DNA of 64,000 bases from Phoronis australis (Eukaryota > Animalia > Phoronida). The notes below the pieces were generated by a model. The model had not been told where the DNA came from. It worked only from the letters and a program-made list of their open reading frames with translations, and ran no database searches. Shown here piece by piece: positions 12,901 to 27,900 of the stretch. The position numbers and the translations under genes were made by a program. How positions within the stretch are numbered: the stretch's first letter is position 1; each line of letters begins with the position of its first letter. The stretch is taken from NCBI GenBank assembly GCA_002633005.1, contig NMRA01000401.1, positions 355,176-419,175 of the forward strand, given 5' to 3'.

Positions 12901-15900
12901 AGTTTTATGGCAAGTTCATGGGAAAATAAAAATTTTTACATGAAACGAAAATGAAATAATAATTGAGAAAAATATTTTTGAGATTTCGTCTTGAAATTTG
13001 GTCAATGTTATTAATACCTTTTTTGCCGTGAATGTACATATCTTTTTTGTTTTAAATTTTACTAAAAAGATACAGACATGTGACCCAGGCAATATGTCAG
13101 ACTGGCATGAACACAAAAATCAAATTCTACAAACCAAAGGCTTTCAATATTTCAGAAAATATAACTTTTACTGAGTGTTTATAGACATTTGGCAAATTGC
13201 ACAGACTTGTGGATAGGTCCTAGATAACCTTGAATTTTGCAACTACTTTTATTGTAGAACTATTCCTATTCCAGTAAATTTGTGCAACTCCACAGTGTGA
13301 TCGACCCATGTATGGGAGTTGCAATGGCTGTTTACATCCATGAGTTGCACTTTCCCACTGACTTAAGTTTTCATAATAGGAGAGTTGGGGCATTGGTGTG
13401 AAAGCCACATTGATTTCATGAAAATCTTGGATTTCGTCCGTCTCCCTACTAAAAATTTAACAGCTCATGACATCAAATTAGTAACTGCTCAAGGTGTGTT
13501 AACACTGTAACTGCGCTATTTTACTGCAGTGAGAAATTTTCAACTCAACTGGCAATACAGTACAAGCCAAAAGTATTCAGACAAAATGACCCACAATTCC
13601 CCATCATGTTGGCTGGGTGGAAGTAGAATTCATCATCGGAGTAGCCTAATCTCCCGTGACGGAGAATGTAGGGAGAATTAACAGGAAATGTAGCGTCTTA
13701 GTGATCAAGACTCTCAGAATCAGCCATCATTTCCGGGAATCGGTATACTTTTGTCTTGTACTGTAATTCTGGGCATTTTTATAGTGCATTGAAATTTGAT
13801 CAAAATCTGTCCAGCCAGATTAATTTGTGAGTATAGCCTGCAGCGGTCATCCAACTTTCATGTAATGGTCTAACACCTTTCTGTTGTATTCCCACTGTGA
13901 CATTGGTGTATATAGTTGTCTCATTTTGTATTGTGGCTTTAAGGCCTAGGCAATGAATTTTTTATCTGACACGCACGCAGGCTGCATAATAGTGTTTCTA
14001 ATCTTGACATGACGTTGTGCAGGTTTCCCGAACAGAAAACTATGGCTACACAAATGCTGCTTTATACGGACAGGTATCCTTGGCAACCACAGTTTGTTAT
14101 GCGTGATGGATTATGTTAATTTGAGTGTTGATGTTTTTGATCTCACCCCAGCTTATTAATTCTTAGTTGAAGGCATGTTAACACCAAATGCTTTGAGTAT
14201 CATTTTGGCACAAGTTTTGAAGTTTTGAAAATGTATGCCTGATGATGGATGACGTTTGCTCATTTGTTCTAACGCAGTTGATGTGAAGCACTCCTTTAAA
14301 ATTGTACCTAATGTCTGACGGAATGCACAAATCCTCGTGTTCTGAGTTGTTCTGATATGATTGGCTCTCTTCATGTCTTAATGAAAAGATTTTGTTGTGT
14401 TTTTTTTTGAAATTGCAGATTTTGTGCTTCCTCATTTCATGAATAGTCTAGTGGTGTTATTTCCATGTAATACTTGACCTCTTTAATTCTGAATGCAAAT
14501 TCTACTAGCTACTAAAACAGTCCCCTGTTTGATTCCTTGCCTTACCCACAATGCTAAGCATCAGGAGGACACTTATCCTACAGCAGCAGTACCAATCACT
14601 ATTTTAAATTATTTAGTGATAGCTTCCCGTTGTCCTGATTAAATTATTACAGTCACATATGAGTTGCAATGCAGACATAACAAATTTATAAGGCTGAGTG
14701 AGGTGTAATAAGCCATTCTTCACTTGCTGCACTCAGCTGCAAAGTGTAAATACAGGCCTACCATTTGGACATTAGATCTAACACATAACGTGTTTCCTTA
14801 AGAGTTGCCACCAGCAAGTTTGGTTGTATTCTCTCACTCAGTTACGACAGTGTAGGGTGATACTGTCAGAAATTGACAAGTCCCGTAAAATCTCACCAAT
14901 TTTGAACAGAATAAATTACCAAAGTTGGTCTTTTTCCATTTTTTTCCAGGGGCTTTAACATTATTTTGAATGCCCACAAATTCTCAAAACATTGCCTGGC
15001 AGTATTAATATGCTAAACTGGAGATATTTTTTCGTGGCTCAGTTTTCAAAAGTTTGTGTTTTCAGTGACTTAGAACACTGAACTGTACCTGTCCTAATGT
15101 CATTTATCTATCAGCCGCTTTAATTAATAATCCCCTCACAACCTAAGGTGATTGAGGCCACATAACAGTGTTGGCTGTTCTTAATTAACGGCTGATAAAT
15201 GTCACACTTACAGGACTCTAAATGTGTTGAGATATATCATATCGGTAATTTTTATTTGTCTGATGATAACAAAATCACACTTCCAGTGAATAAGCAAGTT
15301 AACAGTTGTTATATACAAACATATTTACATGAGGTGGGGAACCATTAAATGACCCTATCCTCCTGGACATGGCTGTAAACAGGTGGCACGCGCATATGTT
15401 TTCTGGCCGAGCAAAAATTTTGTCCTCTGGAAACTGTGGTGTACTGTGGCGCCCCCTCATGACCAACTAGATCCACCTGTGGCATTAGTAGTTTAACAAA
15501 ACTAGCATTTGTTCCTGCTGTATGTAAATCCACTGTAAAATAACTTGAGTGTTTGTCTTCTTTTAGCAACCAGTGCAACAAAGGGGTGCTTGGACCTCGC
15601 CAATTTCCACGACGATTCGTGATCCTTACTCAGTATCTGTCCAACAAGGTCTCCCGTACATATCGTCATTGACAACGACAAGTCAGATGCCTGCCTGGGC
15701 TACAATGACAACGTCTCCGTCACAGCCCCTGCCCCACCCTCCTCCGTCCACCATCAGGAGTCGTCCCCTGAGTGCAGGGAGCAGAAAGCCCAGTCATGAC
15801 AGATTGCAGAATTTACAGGGTAGCCCGAAAGTGACTGGAAGCCCTCCAACACCGCACAGAAGTAAGTCTACGTTATGTTTCTCAAAGATCTTGAGCTGAA

Positions 15901-18900
15901 GTTCAAAGGCAGTAAATTCGCTCAAATTGTGTTTTTTTCAAAACACATTTTGCTTTTACTTTACATTTGTGGGTACACTAAAGGTTAAATGTCTTTTGTA
16001 CATTGCCATTTGTTGCGTTTGTTTAATTCAAAATATTCTTCAATATAGTGTCTTATGGCATATCACACATAAGACAAAACATAGTGTAACTCGATACATA
16101 GGTTAAAACTGTGTCCTGGTCACTTTTTCTGTTTCATGCAATTGCAACAAATGAATATAGGAAATGCAGGTATATTGTCAGACTGATCAAAATTCTCTCT
16201 GTGCGTGTTTTACAGACAGCGGTGGTTGGATCGGTGGTCCAGTAACTCGACCGGGCGTAGCTGCTAGTCGTAGTGCGGGTAGCTCTCCTACAACAGAACT
16301 ACTTGCAACACAGGAAAAGGTGGGTATTGTGAAAGAATTGAGTCAACAGTCTAAGGAGACTTCATAACCAAATGCCAAGTGGGTTTTGAGAAAGTTTACC
16401 TTGCACTGACCCTATAGTGTATTCAACCTTTGAAATCCAGAACTACAATACGGTGTATCTGAGACTGTTAACATGATGTTTGAAGGAAGCTGTTACAAGA
16501 TTTTATGGTGTTTTCATACAGATTTCTCTTGTTAATATTATTTTGCTCTTGAAAACTTTTTATTTTTGAACGGAAAATTTTTGATTTAGAATTATGTTCT
16601 ACAAAATGACATTTAGCAAATCAACGCAGTGATCCTGAATCTACAATTCACTTGGTATTATGTTTTGCTTGTGATTTTTTATTTTTGAACTGAAAATTTT
16701 TGATTTAGAATTATGCTCTGCAAAATGACATTTATTTTAGCAAATCTGCGCAGTCTGAGTGATCCTGAATCTACAATTCACTTGGTATTATGTTTTACTT
16801 CGATCATTTTTCATTTACCTGCGACCAACTATTAAAGCTGCATGTCTTTTTCATAGGAGCAAAGAATTCTGCGTTTAAATGAAGAAGTCAGTAGATTGTC
16901 AACCATTGAAGTTGACTCATCGCGGAAGGACTCTGTGATAACACAGTTGACACAGGAGAATGCTCAACTGAGGAACCAGATGTCCGCGTTCCAATCTGCG
17001 GGCGGGGGTGACGCCGCACTCACCCAGCGTCTGCTACAACTGGAGAACGAGGTTGTGAATAAGCGCATGGAGGTGGCTGCCCTGAAGGAGCAGGTATAGC
17101 GATAGATGTTGTGTTATGATGCGGTGTAGGGATGGGATCTATTGATAGCACAACTGAGAAAAGTTTCTGTAGTGGATCGATGGTCTCTATAGTTCAGTTT
17201 AAAAATATAGGTTTACGTCTTGATCTGGTAGCCTAGAGTACTCAGCCTCCATGGAAATGGGTCATTAGTTCATGTCGTGTTTGGGATGGGATTAACTTTA
17301 CAACATTTATTGTAGTGTTGTGATTAACTTGCAGTATGTATGCTGGATTTGTTTTGTAAGAAATTGAAATATTTTAGTCTAGTATGCTTATAAAAACAGG
17401 TAAATACAAAAAATACTATTGATTGAAATTATAAAGGCAGTGATGCACGTCAGTACACTGCGTTGTTTGTTGCACATGAATATTACATATTGTTTCAAAA
17501 AATATGCGTAACTGAGCTATGTTAATGTTCTCGTGTCTCCATTGGCAGATGTCCAAAATGAGGCCAGACACACAAGTAGCCAGTGACAGTCCCGCCAATT
17601 TGCGACATCAGCTGAATGAAAAGATTGTCGAGCTCAACAACACTAAAGCAGAGTTGGAAAGAGTGAAAAAGGACAAAAACATTACCTCAGGTCTCGTCAC
17701 ACAGATGCAAAGGGACATGGCTAACAAGGTGGGCAAATTTGCGAAGAATTGTTTTGGTATTCTGTGTTAGAACAGTAGTAATTCTTTGAAAAATAAAATC
17801 TCGTCATGGTTACGGTGAAATTTAGAAGGAAAAGACTGAAAAATTTTGCCAAGTCATTTGAAAATTGGTCGAGACTTTGTCTAAAATTTTCTGCCACACT
17901 TTCGCTGATTTTTGACAAGATAAAATTTTGTCAACCCCGAAAACTTTTGTGAGTTTGTTTCATGAATGAATTATTGTTGAATGCATAGTACCATAATCTT
18001 GATGTGTTCATAGACATTCTCATCAAAAATGGTATGAAGTAAACAAAATGCTTTCAACATGAATGAAATATTGTTGAATGCATATTATCGTAATCTTGAT
18101 GTGTTCATAGACATTCTCATCAATGATGGTAAGTGAATGGAATGCTTTCAACATGCCTGTAATCTCATTTCCTTTGTTAAAGGACACGTCCATAAGCAAG
18201 TTGACGCGAGAACTCGAGCAAGCTAAAGCGTCAATAAGAGAAAAGGACTTACACATGTCTGCAGTGAACGCTAAAGTGTCCAGGATGAAGGATAATAAGC
18301 GACAGGATGAAGAACGAGATGCTAAAGACAAGGAGCTGATCAGTCTTAGACATGTTAGTCTTACTGTTGTTATGGAGTGCAGTTTGTGAGAAGGTGCATC
18401 TGTAGACAATATGGAAGAGCTTTTTGGGTCATCGCACAACGTTTACTTGTTTATTGCAACAAATAAAATATGTTGGAAATGGTTTTTATCATGAAGTGCA
18501 TCAAAAGTATATTCTCTTTCCTTGTGAGCACATTATTCTTTTGTTCCGTCGTTCTAGGAAAACGACTGCCAGTTGTGAAAAAATAATGTATTTTGTGTAT
18601 TTGGTGATGAGAGAATTATGTTTACTGGAAAAGAAGGGTGGTAATAAAAATGTCCGTGAAGATGACCACTGGCTTCTTTGCATTTGGGCTGGCGACAGCT
18701 TTTTGTTTGACCCTTAAAATGTCTGGATATTTTTGTGCTTTAATTGGGAGTTTTTTCAACCAATTGAATACATTTTTTTTGCATGCCAGTCATTTTTCTA
18801 CTCTTAGACCAGTCTTAGATTACGATTTTGTAATTCATTAACATGTTTTTGTTAGTTTGTTTTTTGTAATTAAAATAGTTAATGTAAATGTTTTGCCTGT

Positions 18901-21900
18901 GTTTTTCAGAAATTTAAGAACACGGAAAACAAGGTCTCAGAACAACTCGACATCATCAACACGTTAAAAACTGAGCTGGAACGCATCAAGCAAACAGTGG
19001 CTGACGAGAAAGATCAACAAAAGAAGTTGACCTCTGAACTCGCACAGAGTAAATCCCAGTTCCTTGACATGCAAAGAGCTGAGCGTCTGGTCAGAGTGGA
19101 TCTGGAACAGGCTACAAAGAGGGTTAGTGTTGGACTTGTGTGACTTTTGTTTCATGGTCTTTGTTAAAAAATAACATAAGATTGTAATATGTACTTCTTA
19201 CCAGGCCTGTTTCATCAATGAAATTTATTATTATATAGATAGTGTGTACTATGCAGGTGTGTTACGACTTACTTCTCATGAATTGTCATCTTATTTTTAG
19301 GATATGTTGGATGAGTATTGTAAGTGACATGGAATTTCATTTACAATTTCTAAGATTGACCAGCTTACTTGTAAGCCCAACTCTGTTCCTAGTTTTGTTG
19401 ATAATTGTTTCAAAACAGAAAACTTAGTCTCACATGATGGCTCTTTGTGTAAAAATACCAGTTTCACATTCATCTCAAACTATTATTTAACTCTCTTGTC
19501 ATTGCTTAACATTGCATGTAGTAGAATAATATATAAAGCATTACAATGGCAGGTCATTCAAACTTAAAAAGCAGTCTTCATCCTGTGCACCAACATTCTC
19601 TTGATGCTTGCTTTTTGTCACTGTGAAACCCAGTGGGTCAAATTTAAGGTTCAAATCATGACTAACTTTGCACAGTGTTGAAGTATTATTAGTTTATTCA
19701 CGTTTCTGTTGTTTCATAGTTCATCACTGTGTTTCCAGCTGGAGCGGTTCCGCAACAGGGTGATTCAGGTGACCTTCTCCACCCCTGGCATCAGGTACCC
19801 CGATGATGAGATCAAGGACGACGAATTGATGGACACCCTAAAGAAGGTGGTGGACGAACGGACAGAGTTCCACCGTAAGCTTCAGGACATGAAGGACTCG
19901 CTGAAGGAAGCGAACACCACCAAAAAGAGTGTGGTGGAAAGTGTGCGGAACATGAAGCAACATCTCAGTGAAATGGAGGTGGGTGAAGCACATCTTGTTG
20001 TTGTTGTTGTGTTGTTTTTGTTGTTGTTTATTGTCAAATGGCTGACAATTCCCATTGGCACATGTTAGATATCACATTGACTGCCTAGTCAACATGTTGA
20101 AGACAGGCCTAAAACAGAAAAAATGAGTGTTGCCATTTTTTAGTTTCTATTTTTTGGCCATGGGTGGGGGCTGCCCACCCAGGGCACCGTAGATCCACTT
20201 TTTGGTTATCATTGACAGATTGAAGAGGAATCCAGATGACAGGGGTTCTTACAGTGACAATAATTGCTGCAGCGTCTAGGACAGTGACATTAACAACTTA
20301 CACAATTGACAATAAAAATATTGATCTGAAAGCCATTGCCATTACATGACTAATTTATTATCAGTTTTGTTAATTGCTGTTTTAATGGGCTGTCATGTAC
20401 AATTATTGTCTGTATGGTGATCTGCAATATAATGTAGTGTCTGGATTTCATCTGCTCAAAATTTGTGTAAAGTTGAGATCTCAATCATTGTAAGACGCAG
20501 TTTTGAAAAATGTTTTTAAAACTTTGAGCTTTATTTATCATTACCTGAAATGAAAAATTTCTTATTGGTATTTTGTAATTGCCTTAGATTCAATAGATCT
20601 GTGGTGATATCAAATGCATGTCTTAAACCTCCCTTGAATGCATTTTTGCTTTAAATTAATAGATATACTGGTCTACCTTGCAGATAGTCCTTGAAATAGC
20701 CCTTTGGCACCATATTGCATCACCATGAGAACACAGAGCAATTTAAACGAGGGGTTGAAACCATTGGTGGCGTACCATAGGGGGCTGGGGGACTATAGCC
20801 CCATTTATTTCAGTACTGGGCCACCCATGTTAGTTTTATTGTATAGAGGTCTGAATAGAATACCATTTAAGGATTCTCACAATGACTTAGAAAAAGAAAA
20901 ATATAACTGACTTCATTAAATTTGACAGTATATGGCACTGGTGAGCTCATAATTAATACTCAAAACATATTGTAACAGCAAAACTCTGGTGTGTTACCAT
21001 TCAAAGTAGGCTTGAAGATTTATTAATGCATAACATTTTGATGTCAGTGTAAATTTCCTTTGATTGAATCTGCAGAACCGTGTCCGAGACAACGGCCACT
21101 TATCAACTCATGTGAAACAGGAAATCAGCCTCTTGCAGTCTGTGACTGTGGATGAGTCGATTCAGTGGGTGAAAGACCGTGTCTTGGGACTGCTGTCACT
21201 TGAGTTGAACTGGGAACAGGAAATAGAGGGCGCTCTGGAGAGATGTGGTGTGAATGTTAAAGTTTCTTCAGATGGTAAATTATTTTTTATTATGCGGTAT
21301 TTTAAATGATTGGAATCCATAAATGCTTCAGTTAGTGGCTGTTTCCTATCATTTCCCTACAATCTTCAGTTTTTTGGATAATGTCCAGAAATCTAATACA
21401 TGGATGTACTTGATTATAGTTTATGTTTTAAATTATTTATGATACATAAACTTGTCAAGACCTTGTTCTGCAATCATCTATGAAGCCTCTTTTGTGTTTG
21501 GCTCTCACAGGGTATTGTCCAACAGTAAACCATGTACATCTACTGCAGCAGCATGATACCCAAATAATTTCTTAATGAAATTTGAATGTCAAAGACAATG
21601 CTTCACAGTGCAGACCCCTGCTCCCACGGGACCTCAGCTTCATTGTGGTCCAATTACTAAAGTATAATCAAAACACTGTCAAAACATTGACCCGCCACTC
21701 CATGACAGCTCTGTCAATGACTTAGCTGATAATTACCCAATGTACCCTGCAAGTCAATATTAACATGCAAGTCAGATGTTAAACAAATCATAGACTTGAG
21801 TTTCGCATCATCATCGTTTGCCTGCAGAGCCGGCCAAGCACATCTCTAACCTCTACGCCAAGTGGGAGTCGGCCATTGGTGACAAGGATAAGATGACGAC

Positions 21901-24900
21901 ACAGATTAACCTGCTGGAGCAGCAACACAAGGCTGACGTAGCCCTCCTTCAGGCTCAGATGAAGCAGGAGATGTCAGACAAGGTGATAGATGCCACAGAG
22001 AAGGCAAGGCTGGAAGGTAGGCTGCAGGCATTTTTATGTGTTTTGTAAAGCTTCAAGACTTTGTTACCAAGAAAAGATGGGTTCTGTTTTTGCAGTTTTC
22101 CTTCGAGAACTCTGTTCAGTATTATTTGTTATGCACAAAACAATGGTCCAGAATTGTGGTCACCTTTTGCTGGAGCTCCTAAAATGTTTCCATGAATAGG
22201 GTACCAGATAATCACTAATAGGTGGTGCTAATGAAGACATTTCCCTTCAAAAATAAATTGAGAGCAGAAAGCACTTCAAAGGCATGGGGGCGTTGTTGGA
22301 TAAGGGCCCCACTTGATTACCCTACCCAGTTGCATGCTGGGTATTTCTATGAGTAGACCCCTTACTGCACTGATTGTCACCTAGTAAATAAATTCAACCA
22401 CACTGTGTTTCAGTTTTTCTCACAGGTATCAGACATTGTCCAGAACATGTATGTCTAACAGTCATAATTGGATGATACAGCATAATGTTTTACCAATTTT
22501 GGTTAATGAAAAGCAGCATGTTATTATAATTGTGCATACTAAGTGAAAAAGGCATAATTTTGTGGATAGTGGAATAGTGGTCGAGCGGCACCATCAGCAG
22601 ACATATTGTAGTATTTCAGCAAGCTCAATTGCCGTGAACTAGTTTACACAACTCATATCTCACAAATCTGTCCTCTGAGATGTGCACACATAAAGTTTTG
22701 CCACACGTAAAAGGTTTGCAATGGTCTCAAAGCATTCTCACTGCACTGCATTGGAATTTCGTTTTTTGTCGAAGTTCCATTCTCATGGTGACCATTTATA
22801 TGGAGGTACTTTGATGCATGGTGACCATTTATATGGAGGTACTTTGATGCTTCTAGGCGATGAAAGAATGAACAAAGCTATTGATGATATTCGAGCCACA
22901 GAGACAGAGAAACGGGAGAATGCAGTAGAGGCAGAGAGGAAGAAGTTGGAGGAATTGCAGGCCAACATGGATCAGCTGAGGGCTGTAAGTATACTATTAC
23001 GAAGACTTTCTCCCACAGAAAGTGATATTCTTGAGATTTATTATGGATAATTACTCATAGTTTTCTTTAATTTGACGGGCTGCTCAAGACCATTGCAGGT
23101 TTATTTTCATGTGTTTGGAAACTTAGTCATGTAATGTCGACATGACATACAGTACATGACAAAAGTAATCAGAAAATACTGTTTTCTTGTCATGACAGCT
23201 AATTTTGTTCACACAAAAAATAGCCAGTAATGACGACTATGGCGGAAAATTCTTACACAGGATATTGCTTACAGTCATCTTACTTGCAGTTGTCTGTTAT
23301 TTCCCCTTCATTCTCAGTCGAGCTGAATTTGGCTTCCAGCTTAAGTCATCATGGTGCGAAATTCCGGGTCCTTTTGTCTGAACACGTTTGGTGTGTTCCT
23401 TAAGAGGACTTGAAAAACTGAACATTGATTATTCAGCTTTTAGCGTGACATTTAATGTAACTTATATAATTCTATTTCAAAACTTTTGCAGTCATTTTTG
23501 GAGAGACAAGAAGGCGACAAGGAGAAGATGGAAGCAGCTAACAGCGCCCTCCAACAGCTCGAAGAGTACCAGAAACTAGAGGTAAAGGTCTTGTATTGTG
23601 CACCGGGGGGGGGGGGGGGNGGGCATTTCATTAATCAAAGGTCTAAGTTCACTTTTAGCCAAGACAGTTGTAGACAGGTTATTGCCAACATGACACTGTG
23701 TTTTTATAAAGAGCAAGGTATTGTTGTGTTACATAAAGAGTGAAATATGTATAGTTACTGCACAATAATTTTGGCAATTTTTTATAATTCTGGATTAACA
23801 CCCGCCTTCACTGCGAACCACATTTGTGTGCAACTTAAAGTGTTACTATGGTCTCAGCTATGACGGGACTCGTAATCTTTGACAAAACGGGCCCTAAGTT
23901 TTAAATGATTGGAGTCTCCTCTGAGCTAAAATCATGTTATCCTTACTAGTACTTTTGATCACTTACGAAAATTTTTTTGCTCTAATTCTTAATTTGTTTA
24001 CTGTCTTGCTGTTGAAATTGACTCAATTGCTTTGATTTCCTTGACCAAACTCTTATATTGTATTCTCATGATTGTGATCAATATATTTACCAATGACAGA
24101 ATTGAGATGAAAGCTTGATAATCAATAAGATCACTATGACAGATCAGTGTCATGAAATCTATGCTTGAATATTTGTGAACTCAACACGGTGAGTGTGAGA
24201 CACTGTCTGGACATTTGTCTCAGCAGTTTTCAAAATTTGGTGAGGGTACTAGTAGGTTTTTCAGAATTTCTGAAGCAAAAGTTACAATTATCATAGGTGG
24301 TAGCATCAGTGTTGTCCACTGAAATTTTGTTGGCTTTATCATAGCTGCGGGTCACTAGTATGAAGACTTTTGTCTGAGAGATGTGTGGCACCGTGAGTAA
24401 TATGTACTGCTGAAGTGAGGTTGTGTTAGATTCTGGAGGGACCTAGTACGGATGATTATGGCAGTCAGTATGACAGTGAACCACCTAGGCACTTATAGCA
24501 CAAGCCAAAATCAGTCAAAATGACCTGGAATTTTTCTTCATGACAGCTGGACAGAAGCCAAAGACGTCATTAGATTAGTCTCCTCTCATGACCGAGAATG
24601 AAGGGAAATTAGAGGAAAGTTACTAGTGGTGGCTGAGCCATTTTGTAATTAGAATAATGCCACCCTATTCACTTATTACCAGTAATTTTCGCTGTTAATG
24701 AAATTAGCTGTCGCGAGGGGAAAACAGTGTTTTGTCTCGTTTTTGTCTTGTACTGTACATGTATTACTCTCTTTGTCACTATAAACCACAGAATGTGCAT
24801 GACCATATGTGTCTAAATGTTGAGTAATGCATCACCTGAGACACACTGCTCTGGTTTGGCTTTCCACACTTAGCTTTTTTAACTCTTGTTGTTGACTGAT

Positions 24901-27900
24901 TCTAGGAACAACTGAGGGAACAGATCGCCCAGTTGGAGACCCAGAAACAAGTCGAGCTCGACGCTCTGAGACGGGAGAACGAGGAGGCTGACAAAAACCG
25001 ACTGAGTGACGTGTCGGGCTACAAGGAACAGATCAAGCAACACTCGGTGACTATCTGTGCAATGGAAGAAAGGTTGAACAAGGTGATGAAGAAGAATAAG
25101 GACTTGCTGGCCGAGTGTTCGTCACTCAAGAAAACTGTACAAGGTAAGGATTGAGTGGAATGTAGAGTTAATGCTTCTTGCTGCCTGAAAGATTTATAGA
25201 GCTGTCATTCATGCTGTTAAGAAATGTTTAACAACAAAATTTTCTGATAAATTTGTGTAGTCGTACAGAAGTCTAGTGTCCAGTCTGTTTGTCAAAGGAG
25301 TGCCTAAATTTTCAGATATTGTTTAAAAGTTAGTGTTCAAGCAGTGACCGCAGTTGGTCCTTGTCATTCTTCACGCATGGTAATAATGACATAATTATAT
25401 GCCTTGGGTAAACTAAAACATTTCCAGTAACATCATGTCTAAAAACTTTTCCTATATGAAGAGGAGCAGGTATCCTATTGTTAATACTTCCAGTTTTCTC
25501 ACTCATGTTTACTTACTTATTGTTAAATACACTTATTTCAAGACATTCTTTATGTAAAAATGCTGTAGATCGTGCCATTGTCATTAACTGTGAACAACAC
25601 CCATTTTCAAAAATTCCACTGGTATGCTTTTATGTGTAGATCTCAAAAACCGTCCCGCTCCCAAGCCGGCCACGCCTGTCAAGCCCAAGGTTGTGATACA
25701 GAAGCCCACTCAAGACATGGCTGCATTGAACCAGCTTATAATCAACTTGAGAGGAGAGAATGGTGACCTGAGGAAACAGATTCAGGACCAGCAGGATCTG
25801 GTGACTGGACTAAGAAGGGACCTGGCAGGGGCTTCAGCTAGACTCACGGACATCAGAGGTGTGTAGGGGTCTGTGCTGTAACTGGAGGTGATTTATAGAG
25901 TAGGGGTGATGACCCCTGAGATGTTTAACTTTTGGAAAATCGAAATAGCTTATCTTTTGATTCAGTACCTTTCATACAATTTGAGGTAGGGGATCGTCAT
26001 ATACATCTCAGCATTGATTGGCTTGATTGCGATATTATTTCAATGCTTGGTATTTCATTTATCCTAAGATTTTTGCTTGGCATTGAATTTATTTGAATTT
26101 GCATTTGTTTGACACACTTTCCAAACTTATACAGTTCAAAAATGTTTTATTAACAATTGATTTGACTGCAAAAATTGTCTTTCGTAGCATGGGACTTTGA
26201 TCACAAGCATTTAATTTATTTTGTGTGTATTTTGATACAACACGATCTAAATGTTGGAATGGATCACAAATATGATCTGATTCACCTATGTATGTGTAAT
26301 TGCCTTCAGGAGAGATGTCCGAGTCACAGAAAGAAGAACTGGAGAGAAACAAGATGTCCCTGGGTGAAAGAGAGCGCGAACTGGTGGACCTGAGACAGCA
26401 GATGGCCAAGTTGACCCAAATCATCGATAAACAGTCCAATGAAATCAAAGATTTCCAAGTATCAATAAGGTAGGATTGCCACTCTACATGTTTGAAGTAT
26501 TGTCTATAGTAGTTCACCAGTGCATAATTGGTATTTTAGTACATTAATTTTTAAAATTGATTCCATTTCATGATTAAATTACCTTTCGGACTTGCTAGAC
26601 TTGAACAATTTTCTGTTGCAGCAAACAAAAGGCAGAACTAGCCAAGTACAGGAATCTAACGAGCGAACAAGACAGCAAACTTAAAGCAGTGGAGCAACAG
26701 CTAACAAAGGAACAGCTAGACCAACAAAGGAACAGTGAAATCATAGAAAATGAAGTAAGTTGGATTTTTCAGTGCAACAATTCTTTCAGAAGCAAAAAAA
26801 CGACGTTGTGATTGTTCAATTTTATATTAAATAGAAATGCTTGGTGACACATGTAAAAAGTATTTTAGAGTAAAATTGCGATGTAGGAAACATTTTTGCC
26901 AAAAACCAATTACTCAAAATTTGTGCCAGATTTGCTTTCTACCTATACTGCAAAGCACATTCATTGCAGTTCATTTGTGCATACTTAATATAACATATTT
27001 GTAACCTATGCAGGGTCGCATCACATCAGAGATGACAGCCATTGGTGCCCAGTGCCGCGGTGAGCGTCACGCACAAGTCATTCAGAGGCAGAGAGAGGCT
27101 CTGGCGGAACTCAGGCAGCGAATCAAAGGACTGGAAGTGTCTAACATGCCAGGTAGAATTTGAAAGCTCGGGAGTCATGTGAAAAGTTTGAACAATTCAT
27201 AATTGTACTGCAATCTGAAGAAAGTCCTGGCTTTACAGTGTCAGAGTGTGATTAGCCATGATAATGCATTTTAAGCAAAAGTGAAATTGCCTCCACACCC
27301 TCTAGAGGCTACTAGTATCTGATACCAGTTTCCATGTTGCTATACTTGAGAGTCTCCCATTCTCCAAATCTAGCAGTATTGTAAAATACGATCACATCTT
27401 TCCCTTATGTAGCTGTATCCCCTGACCAAGCCTTACAACAAGTGGTCCTCCTTAAAAAGGAGCTGGCTGAGATGAGAGCTAACCAAGCATTGAAAGACGA
27501 GCGACTGTACAGTGAGCGGAGTACACTGGACCGCCAGGTGGACAGGGCCCGGGGTATAGTGACGGCCACCGAGGTGGAGATGGATCATGAACGCAGTGCC
27601 CACAGGGAGACGCTTAGTACTCTGGAAGATAGTGAAACTTCGGTAAGTGCACGCGCACGACCTGTGTTTTGTCGTTGTGGCCTGATGCACGTTTTAGTTT
27701 TTTCTTATTCTCCACTGATTATTTAAATCTTGTCTTTCATTTTGTAATTCCGTTAGTTTGTCTTATTATCTTTGTATGTATTTACTGAGGGCCCCCATGA
27801 AAAACAGTGTGAAATGATGGGGTTACCTTCATTGTAAATATTACACTTAATAAAATAAAGTAAATTAGTTTAAATACATTCAATCCCTATGGTACAATGA

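Noticed and set aside
18023-18439. 138-aa minus-strand ORF (and similar ORFs at 26089-26517, 37618-38040, 58255-58659)
   Set aside because: These are antisense shadows of real exons of FHAD1, SLC25A11 and GAPDH.
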